NCBI RefSeq assembly: GCF_018350175.1
Contig: NC_058369.1
Location: 26,228,001-26,292,000, forward strand
Source: Felis catus
Taxonomy: Eukaryota
Direction: 5' to 3'
Length of the DNA: 64,000 nucleotides
Made by a program: the position numbers and the translations under genes. This document shows positions 62,618 to 64,000 of this stretch, piece by piece; the first letter of the stretch is position 1; every line of letters begins with the position of its first letter. The notes below the pieces were generated by a model. That model saw nothing but the letters and a program-made list of their open reading frames with translations. It had not been told where the DNA came from and ran no database searches.

Positions 62618-64000
62618 GTATGAATCACTTAGTAGATTGAACACTCCTTAGATCTTTGTAAGAAATACTAAAATGGTGCTTTTCCAAATACTTTTTTAGA
62701 ACTGTAAAACCATATTTGAAATTGCAGAAGTGGACTCTCAGAAATATACTTTGGGTAGGTTTGTTCTAATATGCCTTCTGTTTGATGAGCAACTTGTTAG
62801 ACAAATGTTTGTTTTAGGCCAATACTATTCACGGTATGGTCCAGATCTGCAACCTGCAGATAGTTTTTTTGCCCATTGTGAAGACTTGTGGCTCGTAGCA
62901 GAATCAACACACCACTTCGTTTACTGAGAAAGTCTCCTTATGTGAAAAATTGAGCGGAAACCATCAGAGGAGCATGTGATTCTTAATCGTGGGGTTGTGA
63001 ATTCGAGCTCCACATTGGTGTAGAGATTACTAAAAAAAAATAAAAGAACAGCTGAACTAAACAATGTGCTTAGCAATCTTGTTCATTTACATTGTGATAC
63101 AGCCTCTTATTTTATCACAGACCGGCACATTGAGTAGTCCTCTTTTAGCATTCTCTTGAAAATAGTAGAATTTTGAGAGAGAACAAAGGCAGATGACTCA
63201 GAAAATTGCTTTCTGATTCATATGTTTTATCAAATCCATCTGGTAAGCATCTCATTAAAATTAAAAACATATACTCCACAAAAGACTCAGTTAAGAGGAT
63301 GAAAGGACATATTACAGACTGGGGGAACTATTTGAAACCTGCATATCTAGAATATGAAAAGAACTCTCAAAACTCAATAGTGAGAAACCAAACATTGCAA
63401 TTAGAAAATGAGCAGGGGCGCCTGGGTGGCTCAGTTGGCTGAGGGTCCGACTTGATTTTGGCTCAGATTGTGATCTCATGGTTTGTGGGTTCAAGCTCCA
63501 TGTCGGGTTCCATGCTGACAGTGTGGTGCCTGCTTGGGATTCTCTCTCCCTCTCTCTCTGCCCCTCCCCCAGTCAGGCACATGCTCGCTTGCTCTCTAAA
63601 TAAATAAATAACAAAAAGAAAATGAGCAAAAGATATGAATAGACATTTCACTAAAAAAGATGTACCATTGGCAAAGAAGCACATGAATGAAAAGTTCAGC
63701 ATTGTTAGCCATTAGGGAAATGCAAATGAAAAACACAGGGGCACCTGGGTGGCTCAGTCGATTGAGCATCTGACTCTTGATTTTGTCTCAGGTCATGGTG
63801 CCAGGGTCGTGGGATCTAGCCTCTGTCAGGCCCTGCACTGAGTATAGAGCCTACTTAGGATTCTCTTTCTTTTTCCCTCTGCCCCTCTCCCCTGCTTGCT
63901 CTCTCTCTCTCTCAAAAAAATATTTAAAAAAATACACGATGAGTGGGGTGCCTGGGTGGCTCAGTCGGTTGAGCACCCGACTTCGGCTCGGGTCATGATC

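Larger units (their letters stand above)
255..64000. mobile_element. about 55 dispersed Can-SINE (SINEC/SINEC_Fc) copies on both strands
   Basis: Repeated tRNA-derived head ggggcgcctgggtggctcagtcggttaagc, (CT)n segment and aaaataaa/poly-A tail, many with TSDs. These explain the recurring MAQSVK... ORFs. Confidence 0.97.

Noticed and set aside
3919..63998. Family of similar short ORFs (MAQSVKRPTSAQVMIS...)
   Set aside because: They are translations of Can-SINE bodies, mostly from GTG starts.
1..64000. CRISPR array, operon, defence system or other prokaryote-type novel system
   Set aside because: The window is mammalian. The recurring ~200-nt repeats are dispersed SINEs with TSDs, not repeat-spacer arrays, and no unexplained long ORFs exist.
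255..64000. tRNA genes suggested by A-box/B-box motifs
   Set aside because: All are tRNA-derived SINE heads followed by SINE bodies.

Overview
This is mammalian DNA from a felid, judged by about 55 Can-SINEs, including young cat-type SINEC_Fc copies, and felid-type L1 3' ends. The + strand carries nearly all of ABHD6. The window starts in intron 1, then shows a probable 65-nt 5'UTR exon (8496-8560) and eight coding exons (15987-48891). These splice at GT-AG junctions to an intact 1014-nt ORF of 337 aa with the S148-D278-H306 triad, followed by a 3'UTR with two AATAAA signals. About 9 kb downstream is a CpG-island promoter with CRE, ETS, NRF1 and CTCF motifs, then the first three exons of RPP14, which continues past the window end. 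RPP14 is known to be bicistronic with HTD2, but the HTD2 ORF is outside this window. A full-length, disabled, antisense H2A.Z.1 (H2AZ1) retrocopy lies in an ABHD6 intron and is not visible in the ORF track. The rest is mostly nested SINE, L1, MLT, MER/Tigger, L2/MIR and CR1 remnants plus microsatellites. I found no credible new biological system. The best leads are the retrocopy, an ORF1-only L1 fragment, an L1 target site used twice, alternative 5' splicing of RPP14, and a candidate DR1/HNF4/FOXA intronic enhancer. Homology calls rest on recalled sequences, not database searches, and repeat boundaries are approximate.
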